IMG/VR virus record: IMGVR_UViG_3300037119_001810
Coordinates: 1-60,930 of that record
DNA: 60,930 bases
Origin: a virus
Lineage: Duplodnaviria; Caudoviricetes
Direction: 5' to 3' (one strand)
Both the position numbers and the translations under genes were made by a program. The stretch's first letter is position 1. Each line of letters begins with the position of its first letter. Under the pieces are notes generated by a model. The model worked only from the letters and a program-made list of their open reading frames with translations, did no database searches and was not told the DNA's origin. Positions 1 through 9,069 of this stretch are shown here, one piece after another.

Positions 1-821
1 GACGCCAGCCACTCCGCGAACTCGCCCGCCTCGGGGGTGGGCATGAGCGCACCCTCCCAGTGGATCATCCCGTCCTTGCGCATGAGCCGGTCGACCGAGC
101 CCACGGCGACACTGCCGTCGTGCTGCTGGATCGCGTACTTCTGCCACGAGAAGGGCAGCCGGTAGGGGCGGGCCGTCATCGAACCGGCGTTGAAACCGCG
201 CTGGTCGCCCGTCTCAACGTCCTCGGGCGCGAGAATCCCGTGAACGGGGATCGGTCCCGTCAGCAGGTCCGTCATCGTGAGCGCGGGCTCCTCGATGGGG
301 TCGTTCTCGGGTGCGATGTCGGCAGATGCCGCCATGGTGTCCTCCTCGTTTCCAGAAACGCCCCAGACCTTCTCCCAAGGAGTCCCCTCTTGGAGTTCAG
401 GACGAAGATCGTAGTTCTCGATGTCGTCTCGTCCGGCCCATGCTACGGCCTGCACCTCGTCAGTGGGTGTCCAGCCGTCCAGAGGGAACTCGACTGCTGT
501 AGTGACCACGAACGCCTGATACACGCCGTCCTGAGACCGCCAGCCGTCCACAACCGTCGAATCCTCGGGGATTCCCCACCCGGTCTCCTCGATCAGTTCC
601 CGAACGGCCCCTGTGTAGGGCTCCTCGCCCTCATTGAGCCCCCCTCCGGGGATTTCCCACCTCTCCTGCACGTCAGGGGCGTCTGTCTCGTCCATCGCCC
701 GCTGAGCAAGCAGGATTCGCCCCGTGTCGAGAGCCACGATGACTATTCCGGCGTGGGTGACCCCCTCGTAGCCGTCTGAGGCGAAGGTTCGCGCCCTCAT
801 CACGTTCAGAAGCGCCTTCAC
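1..821 (-). CDS. N-terminal part of a Nudix hydrolase / capsid maturation protease fusion (continues at 60930->59486)
   Basis: Manual translation from GTG 821 (GTGA overlap with the portal stop) or ATG 800 is open through position 1. It contains the Nudix box GGLNEGEEPYTGAVRELIEETGW (576-644), then an internal GAGGAGG + ATG 335 and VHGILAPEDVETGDQRGF, in frame with ORF 59486..60907. Confidence 0.8.
   Translation of the reverse strand, partial: MKALLNVMRARTFASDGYEGVTHAGIVIVALDTGRILLAQRAMDETDAPDVQERWEIPGGGLNEGEEPYTGAVRELIEETGWGIPEDSTVVDGWRSQDGVYQAFVVTTAVEFPLDGWTPTDEVQAVAWAGRDDIENYDLRPELQEGTPWEKVWGVSGNEEDTMAASADIAPENDPIEEPALTMTDLLTGPIPVHGILAPEDVETGDQRGFNAGSMTARPYRLPFSWQKYAIQQHDGSVAVGSVDRLMRKDGMIHWEGALMPTPEAGEFAEWLA
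2..127. repeat. Terminal overlap, identical to 60805-60930 (circular assembly)
   Basis: 126 bp at the start match the last 126 bp exactly. The overlap falls mid-ORF, so it is an assembly k-mer overlap rather than a physical terminal repeat. Confidence 0.93.
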
Positions 822-2695
822 GAGCCCTTCACCGCCTGTCGCAGGGCCGCGCGGGTGTACGGCTGGCCGTTGAGGTACAGATCGGTGCAGAGTTGCGCCA
901 GTTGGCGCTCCGTCTCGGCCCTCTGGGCGGCTGAGAGGTCCCCGAACACCGTGTCGGCCAGCGAGAAGTCGAATCCGGGGGCTGTTTCGACCGGGTTGAC
1001 GACGTGGGCCATGTGCGCGGGGGTGGTTCGGTCCTTCTCACGGCCTCGCTTGCCGTTGTTGAGCAGGATGTTGCCTGCCTTCTCCAATGCACGGAGCACC
1101 AGCACCTCGGAAGCGGCCTCTCGGGCACCGAACGGGGCGTCGTGGTGCTCGTGGTCGCCCTGTGGGGGGCCTTGGACGGGGTAGTCCTCGGTGCTCGGGG
1201 GCAGCGCGACCCCCGGCTGGCCGTCTGCGGGGCCGTTTCCAGAAACCACGTCGGGGAAGTGCTGCCCGAGCAGGCGCATGGCCTCGACCATCATCTCCGG
1301 GGACGGCGAGCCCGAGACCATCTTCATCAGGAGATAGCGCTTGAACTCGTTGTCGTCCATCATGTCGCTCTCGGGGTCGAACCCGACCTCGCGCAGGGTC
1401 ACCGCACCGGCCAGCAGGCCACGGGCGTTCAGTTCGAGGGCTTCCTTGGAGCGATCCTGCTTCATCCGGACACTGGTCGGGTCGTAGCCGATCACCTTGT
1501 CCGTGCCCTCGACCGCCGGGCGCAGGAAGGAGACCGTCAGTTGGTGCGCGAAGTCACCCAGCGCGGGGTCAATGTGACCCGCGATGGTCTTTTCCTCCAA
1601 CGCCCACTCGCCCCAGTGGTTGACGTTGCCGCCCCCGGTGCCGGAGCCGGACACCGCGATGCCGGAGGAGCCGAGAATCTGCTCTGGCGTCAGGTCCATG
1701 CCGAGCGCGAACCGGCGGATGGCGTCCGAGCGGAGGATCATCGCCTTGTCGTCAATCTCGGACCAGAACTGGATCAACTTCTTCTGGTCGATTGACCCGA
1801 GCGCATCGGGGGAAGCCATCACGATGCTCGGGAACGACACCTCATCGTCGTCCAACTCCTGCATTCCGGACGCCGCGAGGCTGAGCATGAACTGCTCGGC
1901 CTCGTTCATCGCGGCGATGGCCTCGGCCCCACCCTCCACGGAGTCCGGGGGAGGCGGCGGGAAGGTGATGTTCTCGGGCAGGAACCAGACGCCCGCCGAC
2001 ATGAGCCGTGAGCGGACCTGAGCGAAGATGTGCTTGGTCAGCCACTCGATTTCACGCAGCGTGGTCTGCAGGGAGCGGAACGGGCTCCACGCCTCGCGCC
2101 GGTCGGCGGGGTCCGGGTTCCACAGCCGGATCACCGGGTCTCCCTTGGCGAGGTCCTTGTAGTTGCCGTTGTCCATCCTGACGGACCAGACCTCTTGCTC
2201 GCCTGAGCCGGTCTTGCGGAGTTCGGTGACGGCGACGATTTCCCACAGCGGGGAGAGCGGGTCCTCCTCGTAACCGGGGTCGGTGTCCACCTTGTCGCGT
2301 GCGATCAGGTAGCACTCACCCGCGATGGTGCGGTGGGTCAGGTAGTCGACCAGCAACTTGCGTCGCTCCCGCACCGTGGGCGCGAGTTCTGCGAGGGCAT
2401 CGACCTCCTCACCGGCAGAGACCCACACGGCCTTGCGGTTGAGGGTCTGGGGCTCGGAGATGCCGATTTCGGCGCGGCCCCCGAGCGCAGCGAACAGGGT
2501 GACCGCCTTGCGGGCCTCCCCACAGATGTTGACGTGGCGGTACGCCTCGACCTGCCACGGCTGGGCGATGGAGGCGCGGTCCATGCCCGGCGTCGAGGAC
2601 TTGCGACCGGGCCGAAAGACCTGAGCCGAGGCAGCCGCCGCTGCAGTGATGACCGCTGGCGGGTTTCCAGAAACAGGGGCCTTGGGTCGAGCCAT
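818..2695 (-). CDS. Portal protein
   Basis: 625 aa, between terminase and protease. Motifs IAGECYLI, RLWNPDP..SP, AIRRFALGMDLTPEQILG and NHW..W are typical of actinophage portals. Confidence 0.85.
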   Translation of the reverse strand: MARPKAPVSGNPPAVITAAAAASAQVFRPGRKSSTPGMDRASIAQPWQVEAYRHVNICGEARKAVTLFAALGGRAEIGISEPQTLNRKAVWVSAGEEVDALAELAPTVRERRKLLVDYLTHRTIAGECYLIARDKVDTDPGYEEDPLSPLWEIVAVTELRKTGSGEQEVWSVRMDNGNYKDLAKGDPVIRLWNPDPADRREAWSPFRSLQTTLREIEWLTKHIFAQVRSRLMSAGVWFLPENITFPPPPPDSVEGGAEAIAAMNEAEQFMLSLAASGMQELDDDEVSFPSIVMASPDALGSIDQKKLIQFWSEIDDKAMILRSDAIRRFALGMDLTPEQILGSSGIAVSGSGTGGGNVNHWGEWALEEKTIAGHIDPALGDFAHQLTVSFLRPAVEGTDKVIGYDPTSVRMKQDRSKEALELNARGLLAGAVTLREVGFDPESDMMDDNEFKRYLLMKMVSGSPSPEMMVEAMRLLGQHFPDVVSGNGPADGQPGVALPPSTEDYPVQGPPQGDHEHHDAPFGAREAASEVLVLRALEKAGNILLNNGKRGREKDRTTPAHMAHVVNPVETAPGFDFSLADTVFGDLSAAQRAETERQLAQLCTDLYLNGQPYTRAALRQAVKGS

Positions 2696-3057
2696 CAGTC
2701 GTCATCTCCGTCGTCACCGTCGTGGGCCATCAGGATTGCAGCGAGGTAGGAGGCGGCGAGGATGCCGTTCACGATCCACCACGCAGTGAACGGGATGTTG
2801 TCGTACTGGTTTCCAGAAACCGGGGCGTACACACCGGACAGCAGTCCCCAAGCCACGACGAGGCCGGTCAGCCAGAAGGATGCGCAGTAGCCACAGAAGG
2901 CGAGAATCTGCCAGCCGTTCCCGTCGGTCGCGTCGGCGTACTTGTCGCGCAGCCAGACCACGGGCGGGAACTTGTCCCATGTCGCCAGACGGGTCAGCCT
3001 CGATGCGCTGATGATGGTGGTTGCCACGACGGCGATCCAGTAGAACTCGGTGCTCAC
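2695..3057 (-). CDS. DUF1360-like membrane protein
   Basis: GTG 3057 overlaps the upstream stop. Contains SRLTRL..WD and CGYCASFW plus hydrophobic helices. Confidence 0.7.
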   Translation of the reverse strand: MSTEFYWIAVVATTIISASRLTRLATWDKFPPVVWLRDKYADATDGNGWQILAFCGYCASFWLTGLVVAWGLLSGVYAPVSGNQYDNIPFTAWWIVNGILAASYLAAILMAHDGDDGDDD

Positions 3058-3938
3058 AGGTCTCCTCCGGCTCCTAGGCCCGTTGAAGTTGCACACAGAG
3101 TAGCCGATGCCCGACCGTTCTCGTGCGCGCTGAACGGGACGAACGACGTGTCGCCGTCCATGTTGTCCATGATCTGGTGGATCGCGGCCCAGTCCCGGTC
3201 GTCCTTGCGGACCGACGTGATCCGCTTGCGGCGGTGCCCCAGTTGGGCGCTTGTCTCGTCGGGCTGGCGCATGTCCTCGCAGTGCCACCACGTGCCCGCT
3301 CGGGTGGCCGGACCGACGACGCCGTGCTCAGCCATGTAGCGCGGGGTGATGTACGGGGCCGGGGTCATGCCGCTCTGGTGGATGCGACGGCTCCACTCGG
3401 CGTGCTCGTGCCCACCGGGGCCGAACTCCTCGATCATCCCGCCGACCCGCTCCACCACGGCGCGGTGGGCGTAGAGCATCACTCCACGGGGCCACGTCCA
3501 CGTGGCGTAGCGCTCCCGCTCGGAGGCCATCCGGTGCCCGCCCCAGCAGACCATCGAGTGCGGAATCCCGAGGTCGGTGTGCTTGCGCAGTGCCCGTGCA
3601 GCGAAGGGGTAGGTGTCGTCGTCGCACAGGAACAGGTGCTCGACCGGATTGCCGACGACGCCCATCAGGAGTTCGAGGCCGGTGTTCTTGTTCGCTGCCA
3701 CCCCGAGCCGCCCGTTGTACGGGGCCACCCCGACACGGCGCTGGCCTACCCGGAACACCGAGAGGGTCCAGTCGGACACGGCAGCCACAACACGGGCTGT
3801 CGCGTCCTCGTCGCCATCGACCGTGATGAACATGCAGTCGCCCGGCCCCAGCGCCCGGTCCCAATGCTGCACGGCGGTTTCCAGAAACCCCATCCGGTGC
3901 TCGTCGCCCGTCGTGCTGATCGCCACGCCCTGTCTCAT
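3054..3938 (-). CDS. Glycosyltransferase (GT-A / GT2-like)
   Basis: Motifs GVAANKNTGL, HLFLCDDD (DxD) and VGGMIEEFGPGGHEHAEWSRR. ATG 3938 is coupled to the upstream stop. Confidence 0.75.
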   Translation of the reverse strand: MRQGVAISTTGDEHRMGFLETAVQHWDRALGPGDCMFITVDGDEDATARVVAAVSDWTLSVFRVGQRRVGVAPYNGRLGVAANKNTGLELLMGVVGNPVEHLFLCDDDTYPFAARALRKHTDLGIPHSMVCWGGHRMASERERYATWTWPRGVMLYAHRAVVERVGGMIEEFGPGGHEHAEWSRRIHQSGMTPAPYITPRYMAEHGVVGPATRAGTWWHCEDMRQPDETSAQLGHRRKRITSVRKDDRDWAAIHQIMDNMDGDTSFVPFSAHENGRASATLCATSTGLGAGGDL

Positions 3939-4078
3939 CGCTCCACCTTCGCTCGACACGGTTCACACGCCAGAGGGCAGTCACAGTCACAGCCACAACC
4001 ACACACGGCGACGCATCCCTCCACGTGGATCGGGAACATCATCCCCTTGGGGGTGTTGCACAACGGACAGGTCGCCAT
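3935..4078 (-). CDS. 47-aa Cys-rich (10 Cys) metallothionein-like protein
   Basis: MATCPLCNTPKGMMFPIHVEGCVAVCGCGCDCDCPLACEPCRAKVER. It fills the gap between terL and the GT gene, and its TGA overlaps the GT ATG. Confidence 0.7.
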   Translation of the reverse strand: MATCPLCNTPKGMMFPIHVEGCVAVCGCGCDCDCPLACEPCRAKVER

Positions 4079-4086
4079 AACGTGAG

Positions 4087-4098
4087 ACAGTATCACAC
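4087..4098 (-). promoter_or_regulatory. Extended -10 promoter (GTGTGA-TACTGT), probably leaderless
   Basis: TGn-TAnnnT lies 8 nt upstream of ATG 4078, with no Shine-Dalgarno. Confidence 0.5.
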
Positions 4099-4100
4099 CA

Positions 4101-5708
4101 TCAGCCAGCGCGCTTCAACTTCTTCAACACGTCACGACCGGCAGTCTGCGCGGCGTAGCGCACGGCGGTTTCCAAGGCACGCATGGCCCAGACCAGCGCG
4201 TCGATCCGGTTGGGTGACGGCATCCGGCCACCGCGCGACTTCGGCACCCAGCCGACCTGCTCCTTCTCCATCTCGGAGAGGTCGCCGTAGGCCGTCGGGC
4301 TGGTGACATGGGTGACCCGGCCCTGCTCGTACTTGCCGACGGTGGGCTCTGCGCGGGTCTCCTTGGACTGAGCGGCGTGGACCAGTTCGATCTTGTACGC
4401 CTCGCCGTTCTCGTCGCAAGCAATCACGGGGTGCAACTTGGCGTAGTCCTCCAAGCCCTGCTTCACGTCCTCGCCGCCGAAGTTCTTCTCCACGATGATC
4501 CGGTTGACCCGGAACAGCCGTGCAGCCTTGAACACCCGCTCAGAGCGCTCCGAGGGAGTGCCCTTCAAGGTGGCGTCGCCCAGCACGTAGAAGCGGGACG
4601 CAGGCAGCGGTGTGTCGTTCTCATCGAAGTGCTGAGCCCCGACGCCGATGATCCCGTGCGCGTCCGAGCGCGGTCCCTTGGAGCCTGCGGGGTCGACAGC
4701 CAGCACGCGGTCGTCCATCGAGTCGATCAACTCTTGGAACTCCACGGCGTCGACCCGCAGGTGCCGGAACATCTCGTCGTTCCACAGCGCACCCTCCACG
4801 TCGCGCAGCACCTCGCCGTACAACTCCTGACGGCCCATCCGGGTGCCCTCGTACTCCTTCTGCAGCATCTTGATGAAGTCGGCAGAGAGGTTCGCCCGGT
4901 TGGCGTAGGTGGACACCCGGCGAATCTCCACGGAGTCGTCGTCCTCCATCTCCATGACCCACGGCGTCGAGGTCGGGGTGGAGGTGATGAGAATGTGGAT
5001 CGGGTTGCCCGGCTTCTCGATACGAGTCGCCAGTTTCAGGTTCATCCACGCGGTCTCAATCTCGTCCATGAACGCGGCCTCGTCCACCCACGCATACGAC
5101 AGGTTGACCGACCGGATGTTCTCGGGCTTCTCGGCGGAGAACAGGTAGGTGGTCGCACCGTTCGGCCAGACGAGGATGTCCTTGGACGCGTAGTGGATCG
5201 GCACGAACTCGGGGTGCGCCCGCTCGATGATCGTGGCGACGTGGGTGTTCACGAGTTCGGTACCACGACGACCGACGATGGCCCCGTCCAGCCCCTTGCG
5301 GGCGGACAGCGTGACGAACTCGGTGCCGGTGGTGGTCTTGCCCGAGCCACGCCCGGACATGATGAACAGAATCCACGGCTTCAACCACGACGGGAGCCGC
5401 TGGTCGGCGCGAGCGTGGTTGTGCGCCCAGTTCGCGTCCAGCACCGGGCGCAGGCGTGCGCCGTCGGACTCGAACTCCACCACGTCCCCGACGGGCTCGC
5501 CCTCCGGCCCCTCAGTGGCGGTCTGGTCGACCCACCAGCCCGCGCCGTCGGCGTCGATCAACTGGTGGGGCATCCCGTCGCAGTTCGGGTCCGCGCACCA
5601 GAACGGCTTCCAGCCTGACTCCTCGATTCGCAGCAGGCGCTCGGCTACGGCGCGCTGCTCAGCCTCGGACAGGCTGTTGAAGTCAGGCGGACCCGGCGTC
5701 TGTGTCAT
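4101..5708 (-). CDS. terL: Terminase large subunit
   Basis: Walker A SGRGSGKT, Walker B AWVDEAA, coupling motif ITSTP, nuclease motifs VDPAGS and SPNRIDALVWA. Confidence 0.93.
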   Translation of the reverse strand: MTQTPGPPDFNSLSEAEQRAVAERLLRIEESGWKPFWCADPNCDGMPHQLIDADGAGWWVDQTATEGPEGEPVGDVVEFESDGARLRPVLDANWAHNHARADQRLPSWLKPWILFIMSGRGSGKTTTGTEFVTLSARKGLDGAIVGRRGTELVNTHVATIIERAHPEFVPIHYASKDILVWPNGATTYLFSAEKPENIRSVNLSYAWVDEAAFMDEIETAWMNLKLATRIEKPGNPIHILITSTPTSTPWVMEMEDDDSVEIRRVSTYANRANLSADFIKMLQKEYEGTRMGRQELYGEVLRDVEGALWNDEMFRHLRVDAVEFQELIDSMDDRVLAVDPAGSKGPRSDAHGIIGVGAQHFDENDTPLPASRFYVLGDATLKGTPSERSERVFKAARLFRVNRIIVEKNFGGEDVKQGLEDYAKLHPVIACDENGEAYKIELVHAAQSKETRAEPTVGKYEQGRVTHVTSPTAYGDLSEMEKEQVGWVPKSRGGRMPSPNRIDALVWAMRALETAVRYAAQTAGRDVLKKLKRAG

Positions 5709-6207
5709 CAGAGCCCCCTGCAGTGGGCGTGTTGCCCTCCCACGGGTCCACGTCGATGAACTCACCCACAGGCTCGTCCATCGAGTCGACCGGCACCTGT
5801 CCGGTCAGCACACCGAGCACCGGCCCGCCCTTGGCGATGCGCTCGGCCTCCCGCTGGGCACGGGTCTGCCCCTTGGGCTTCTCGGGCTTCTCGGGCTTCT
5901 CAGGCTGTTCCTCCACGACGGGCTCCTCCGGCTCCTCCACGGGCAGCGGTATCGGGTCGGGCACGGGTGCTGGTTGTTCGGTCAGCAGGGGCGCAGCCTC
6001 CGGCACCGGGGCCTGCTCGGAGTGCCCCACAGCGCGCTCGGGCAACGGCTGGTCAGCCATCTTCTCGGCCTCCGAGGGCTTGGGGTGCTTGGCTTGGGTC
6101 GGCACCGATGGCTGGTCCTCGGGCCGGTCCTCCACGATCCGGCCCACCTCGCCGCCGTGCTCGGCCTTCCCGATCTTGCCCGGCTCCTGCTTCTCAGAAC
6201 CCTTCAC
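5683..6207 (-). CDS. Pro/Glu-rich hypothetical protein
   Basis: 174-aa ORF overlapping both neighbours in the leftward operon. Confidence 0.6.
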   Translation of the reverse strand: MKGSEKQEPGKIGKAEHGGEVGRIVEDRPEDQPSVPTQAKHPKPSEAEKMADQPLPERAVGHSEQAPVPEAAPLLTEQPAPVPDPIPLPVEEPEEPVVEEQPEKPEKPEKPKGQTRAQREAERIAKGGPVLGVLTGQVPVDSMDEPVGEFIDVDPWEGNTPTAGGSDDTDAGSA

Positions 6208-6904
6208 CGGGGTCTCCCTCCTGTGGCTGCTCGACGGCGTTTCCAGAAACCACCACCGCGTCGTGTGTCTGCTCGACCGCCTCGTGGATGTCGGACTCCG
6301 GCACGTCGAAGATGTCCATGTTGTATCCGAGCCCCTGACCGGCAGCCAGCGCGTTGACCAGTTTCTCGACGGCCTCGGGTGCGGCCTCGACCTTGACCTC
6401 GGTCTGCGTCGGTGCCTCCGCGCCGTGCAGTTTCGCCATCCGGTCGAGCATCCGCATCACGCGGTCCTGATTCTCCAACTTGTCCCGGTGGGTCGGGTCG
6501 GTCGCCATCGGGTAGTCGGCCTCGATCATCTTCATGTACCGCTCGGAGACCCAGTTGCGGATGTAGGTCCGCAGGGCGGGCTGGTTGCGGATGTACCGCG
6601 CCGCGTCGTTCTGCAGCAGCCGGTCCACCTCATCAGCGCTCGCCCCGATGGACGCCCCGATCTGGGCGAGGCTGTAGCCCGCGATGTGCAGGTTGACGAT
6701 CTGCGCCAGCCGGGCAGCGGTGGCCTGTGCCGCGCTCTGGGCCTGTGCAAGGTCAGCCTCGGCAGCGCGCTCGGCCTGCTTCTTCGCCAGCCGGGCCTGC
6801 TGGGAGGGCGTGCGCACCAGCGCGACCGCCTTGCCCTTCGGTTCAGGAGCGCTCAGGTGGTCGGGCAACAGGTCGGCAAGTTCCTCATCCACTGCCGTGC
6901 TCAT
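6194..6904 (-). CDS. HTH DNA-binding protein, probable terminase small subunit
   Basis: HTH-like LHIAGYSLAQIGASIGASADEV, C-terminal RMAKLHGAEAP, position upstream of terL. Confidence 0.6.
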   Translation of the reverse strand: MSTAVDEELADLLPDHLSAPEPKGKAVALVRTPSQQARLAKKQAERAAEADLAQAQSAAQATAARLAQIVNLHIAGYSLAQIGASIGASADEVDRLLQNDAARYIRNQPALRTYIRNWVSERYMKMIEADYPMATDPTHRDKLENQDRVMRMLDRMAKLHGAEAPTQTEVKVEAAPEAVEKLVNALAAGQGLGYNMDIFDVPESDIHEAVEQTHDAVVVSGNAVEQPQEGDPGEGF

Positions 6905-7106
6905 CGTCCTCACCGTCCTCGGAGTGCTCAGGGTCCTCGGTTTCCAGAAACCCCATCATGCCACGGAACGTCATGGTGGCTGCCATCATCGCGTGCCCGA
7001 AGGCCAGCATCGCCGCTGCGTTCTGCCCGGCAGGAGTCAGCAGGTCCGGCTGATCCGCACGGTCCAGATGCTGCTCTGCCTTCCGGATGTGCTCTGCGGC
7101 GTTCAC
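6885..7106 (-). CDS. Hypothetical protein
   Basis: 73-aa ORF with GAGAGGGAG RBS, coupled to its neighbours. Confidence 0.55.
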   Translation of the reverse strand: MNAAEHIRKAEQHLDRADQPDLLTPAGQNAAAMLAFGHAMMAATMTFRGMMGFLETEDPEHSEDGEDDEHGSG

Positions 7107-7402
7107 GACTTCTCCCTCTCATCGGCCTCGGTCCGGGGCGCACTCTGAGCAAGCCGGGCCACGAGGCGGTCTATCGCGGTCGGCAGGCTGTTCCACTCGC
7201 CAGCCCACGCGTCACGCTCATGGGCGGATTTCAGGTCACGCCAGTCCGCGTCGCTGAGCCGCGTCGCTGTCCCCTCGGCCTGCATGTCCGGCGTCTTGGT
7301 TCGACAGCCACACATGGCGACCCCTGCCGGATGGTGGCAGAAGTCCCGGTAGTGGTCGAGGTTCGGGTGCCCGCATCTCGGGCAGGTGTCCGGCGTGCTC
7401 AC
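7103..7402 (-). CDS. Hypothetical Zn-binding protein
   Basis: GAGGAG RBS before GTG 7402; CPRCGH...H...C...CGC pattern. Confidence 0.55.
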   Translation of the reverse strand: MSTPDTCPRCGHPNLDHYRDFCHHPAGVAMCGCRTKTPDMQAEGTATRLSDADWRDLKSAHERDAWAGEWNSLPTAIDRLVARLAQSAPRTEADEREKS

Positions 7403-7490
7403 GGCTGACTCCTCAGCCAGCGGTACACACCCACGGCGATAGCGCTGATGGACACAAGGTCCCACACCACGACCAGTCCGATTCGGCGCA

Positions 7491-7709
7491 TCATGGCTGG
7501 TCCTCCGGTAGCAGCCCTGTCTCATCGTCGGGGGCCACCGGGACCAGCAGTTCAGCCGGGTCGACCCCTTGCGCGATCAAGTCCTCCCGCAGGCTGGCGA
7601 GCACCCGGCCCGACTCCATCAGCAGGCAGAACGTGCAGTTCTCCACAGCGCCGGGGGCCAGTCGGGCAGCCTCCCCGGTTCCGTGCCAATGACTGGTCAT
7701 CCTGCCCAT
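7491..7709 (-). CDS. Hypothetical protein
   Basis: GAAGGGA RBS; HWH and CTFC motifs. Confidence 0.5.
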   Translation of the reverse strand: MGRMTSHWHGTGEAARLAPGAVENCTFCLLMESGRVLASLREDLIAQGVDPAELLVPVAPDDETGLLPEDQP

Positions 7710-7832
7710 GTCAGTAGTCCCTTCCCGTCTGGACCACGCGCCGACACCACCTGCAGCACAGCGCCCGGCCCAAGCACACACCCTCGAACCAGTCCTCGAC
7801 CCACACCAGCGGCCCCCCGCACAGGCAGTGCA

Positions 7833-8087
7833 TCACGCGCCGCCTTCTTCTACGCCGTCTTGGGTGTCGTCCTCGTCCCTCATCCGCCCGCCGGGTGTCC
7901 GGGCCTTGTGCTGCTTCTTCGCCCGGCGCTTCTCGGCAGCGATCACCCGAGAGGTCGCGTCCCGCACGGCAGCGGACCTACTCATCCCGCGCGTGTCCGC
8001 GTACAGGTCCAGATCGGCAGCCTCGCTCACCGTCAGCCGGAGTGTCACGAACTCCGTACGCGGGTCTGTCGTCGTCGGCCAAGCCAT
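7833..8087 (-). CDS. Ribbon-helix-helix (CopG/Arc-like) DNA-binding protein
   Basis: FVTLRLTVSEAADLDLYADTRGMSRSAAVRDA is a beta-strand + two-helix RHH pattern. GGAAGGGG RBS; first gene of the leftward arm. Confidence 0.75.
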   Translation of the reverse strand: MAWPTTTDPRTEFVTLRLTVSEAADLDLYADTRGMSRSAAVRDATSRVIAAEKRRAKKQHKARTPGGRMRDEDDTQDGVEEGGA

Positions 8088-8118
8088 CGGGATCGCCCCC
8101 TTCCTAGATCAGTTGCCG

Positions 8119-8133
8119 TGTACCGTACCACAA
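8119..8133 (-). promoter_or_regulatory. Candidate leftward extended -10 promoter (TGTGG-TACGGT)
   Basis: Upstream of the RHH gene. A related CATGTTGTGGTACAG copy lies at ~8249-8263. Confidence 0.4.
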
Positions 8134-8494
8134 CATGAACCGGCCCCCCAGCAGAGTACGCGTGGTATCGCATCCACCAGAGGGCCGATCCGCCTACTGA
8201 GGGGTCTCGGGCTTGCCCCCTGTTCAGCCCCTCCATCTTACCACACGCTGTACCACAACATGGCTCGCGTGCCTGCACTGGGGTTTTGGGATTTTTTGAG
8301 AACGCGGGGTGATCTGGCGTTTCTGGAAACGGGCTGGATCACCACTACAGGGGGTGGGGGCCGGGTACCCGATACTGTGTTACACCATGGGTGGCCTGAC
8401 CAGCCAGAACAGCCATACAGCGTTCGTTACCCCTCTCTTTCTCTCTGGGGCGGCGCGAGGGTGGACAGGGCTAGGTCCTAGCCCTAGGTTTCTG

Positions 8495-8970
8495 GTTGTG
8501 GGGCCGACCAGCGGCCCCCGGTTCTGAGAGGCGGTGCCCTTGGTCTGATCCTTGCCATCCCCACGTCGCCTGCCACGTACGGCAGGCCGCATCCCGGTAG
8601 CGCAGACCGTGTGACCCTCCCGACTGGTGGCGCGAAAACAGTAGCCCTACGCCGACGGGGAGCAACTCCACAGAGACCCGAGTGCCTGCGCAGCGATGCA
8701 GGGTGAGGGACCCGGCACAGCCGGGCGATGCAGAGCAGGCGCTGCGATAGTGAGCCTGCCCGGAGAGCACACTCCGGACCTAGCCAAAGGGCAAGCGACT
8801 GTCACAGGGAGCGGCCGATAACTAGGTGAGCAAAGGATCAGGGCAAGGCCGATAGGAAACGAAGGTGAATAGTGTAGGGGCGCGGTAGGCAAGGCACGCG
8901 TACCCAGCGAAAGCGGGGGTCCTGAGAGGGACCGCGACAATCGGCAAGCAACACCCTCACTTCGGCGGGG
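8495..8970 (+). ncRNA. Candidate large structured non-coding RNA
   Basis: No credible ORF. Hairpins at 8500-8518, 8568-8587, 8711-8725, 8735-8759, 8760-8777, 8903-8917 (GAAA loop) and 8918-8933 (GAGA loop); CUUCGG at ~8960; long-range helix 8538-8555/8830-8848. Confidence 0.5.
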
Positions 8971-9069
8971 CTAGGTCTAGCACCTAGCACCGTATGAGGC
9001 GAGTTGCTTAGGGCGCTGACAATCCGATCAGCGTCCTAAGTGATTCACCTTCCAACAGAGGAGCACGAC

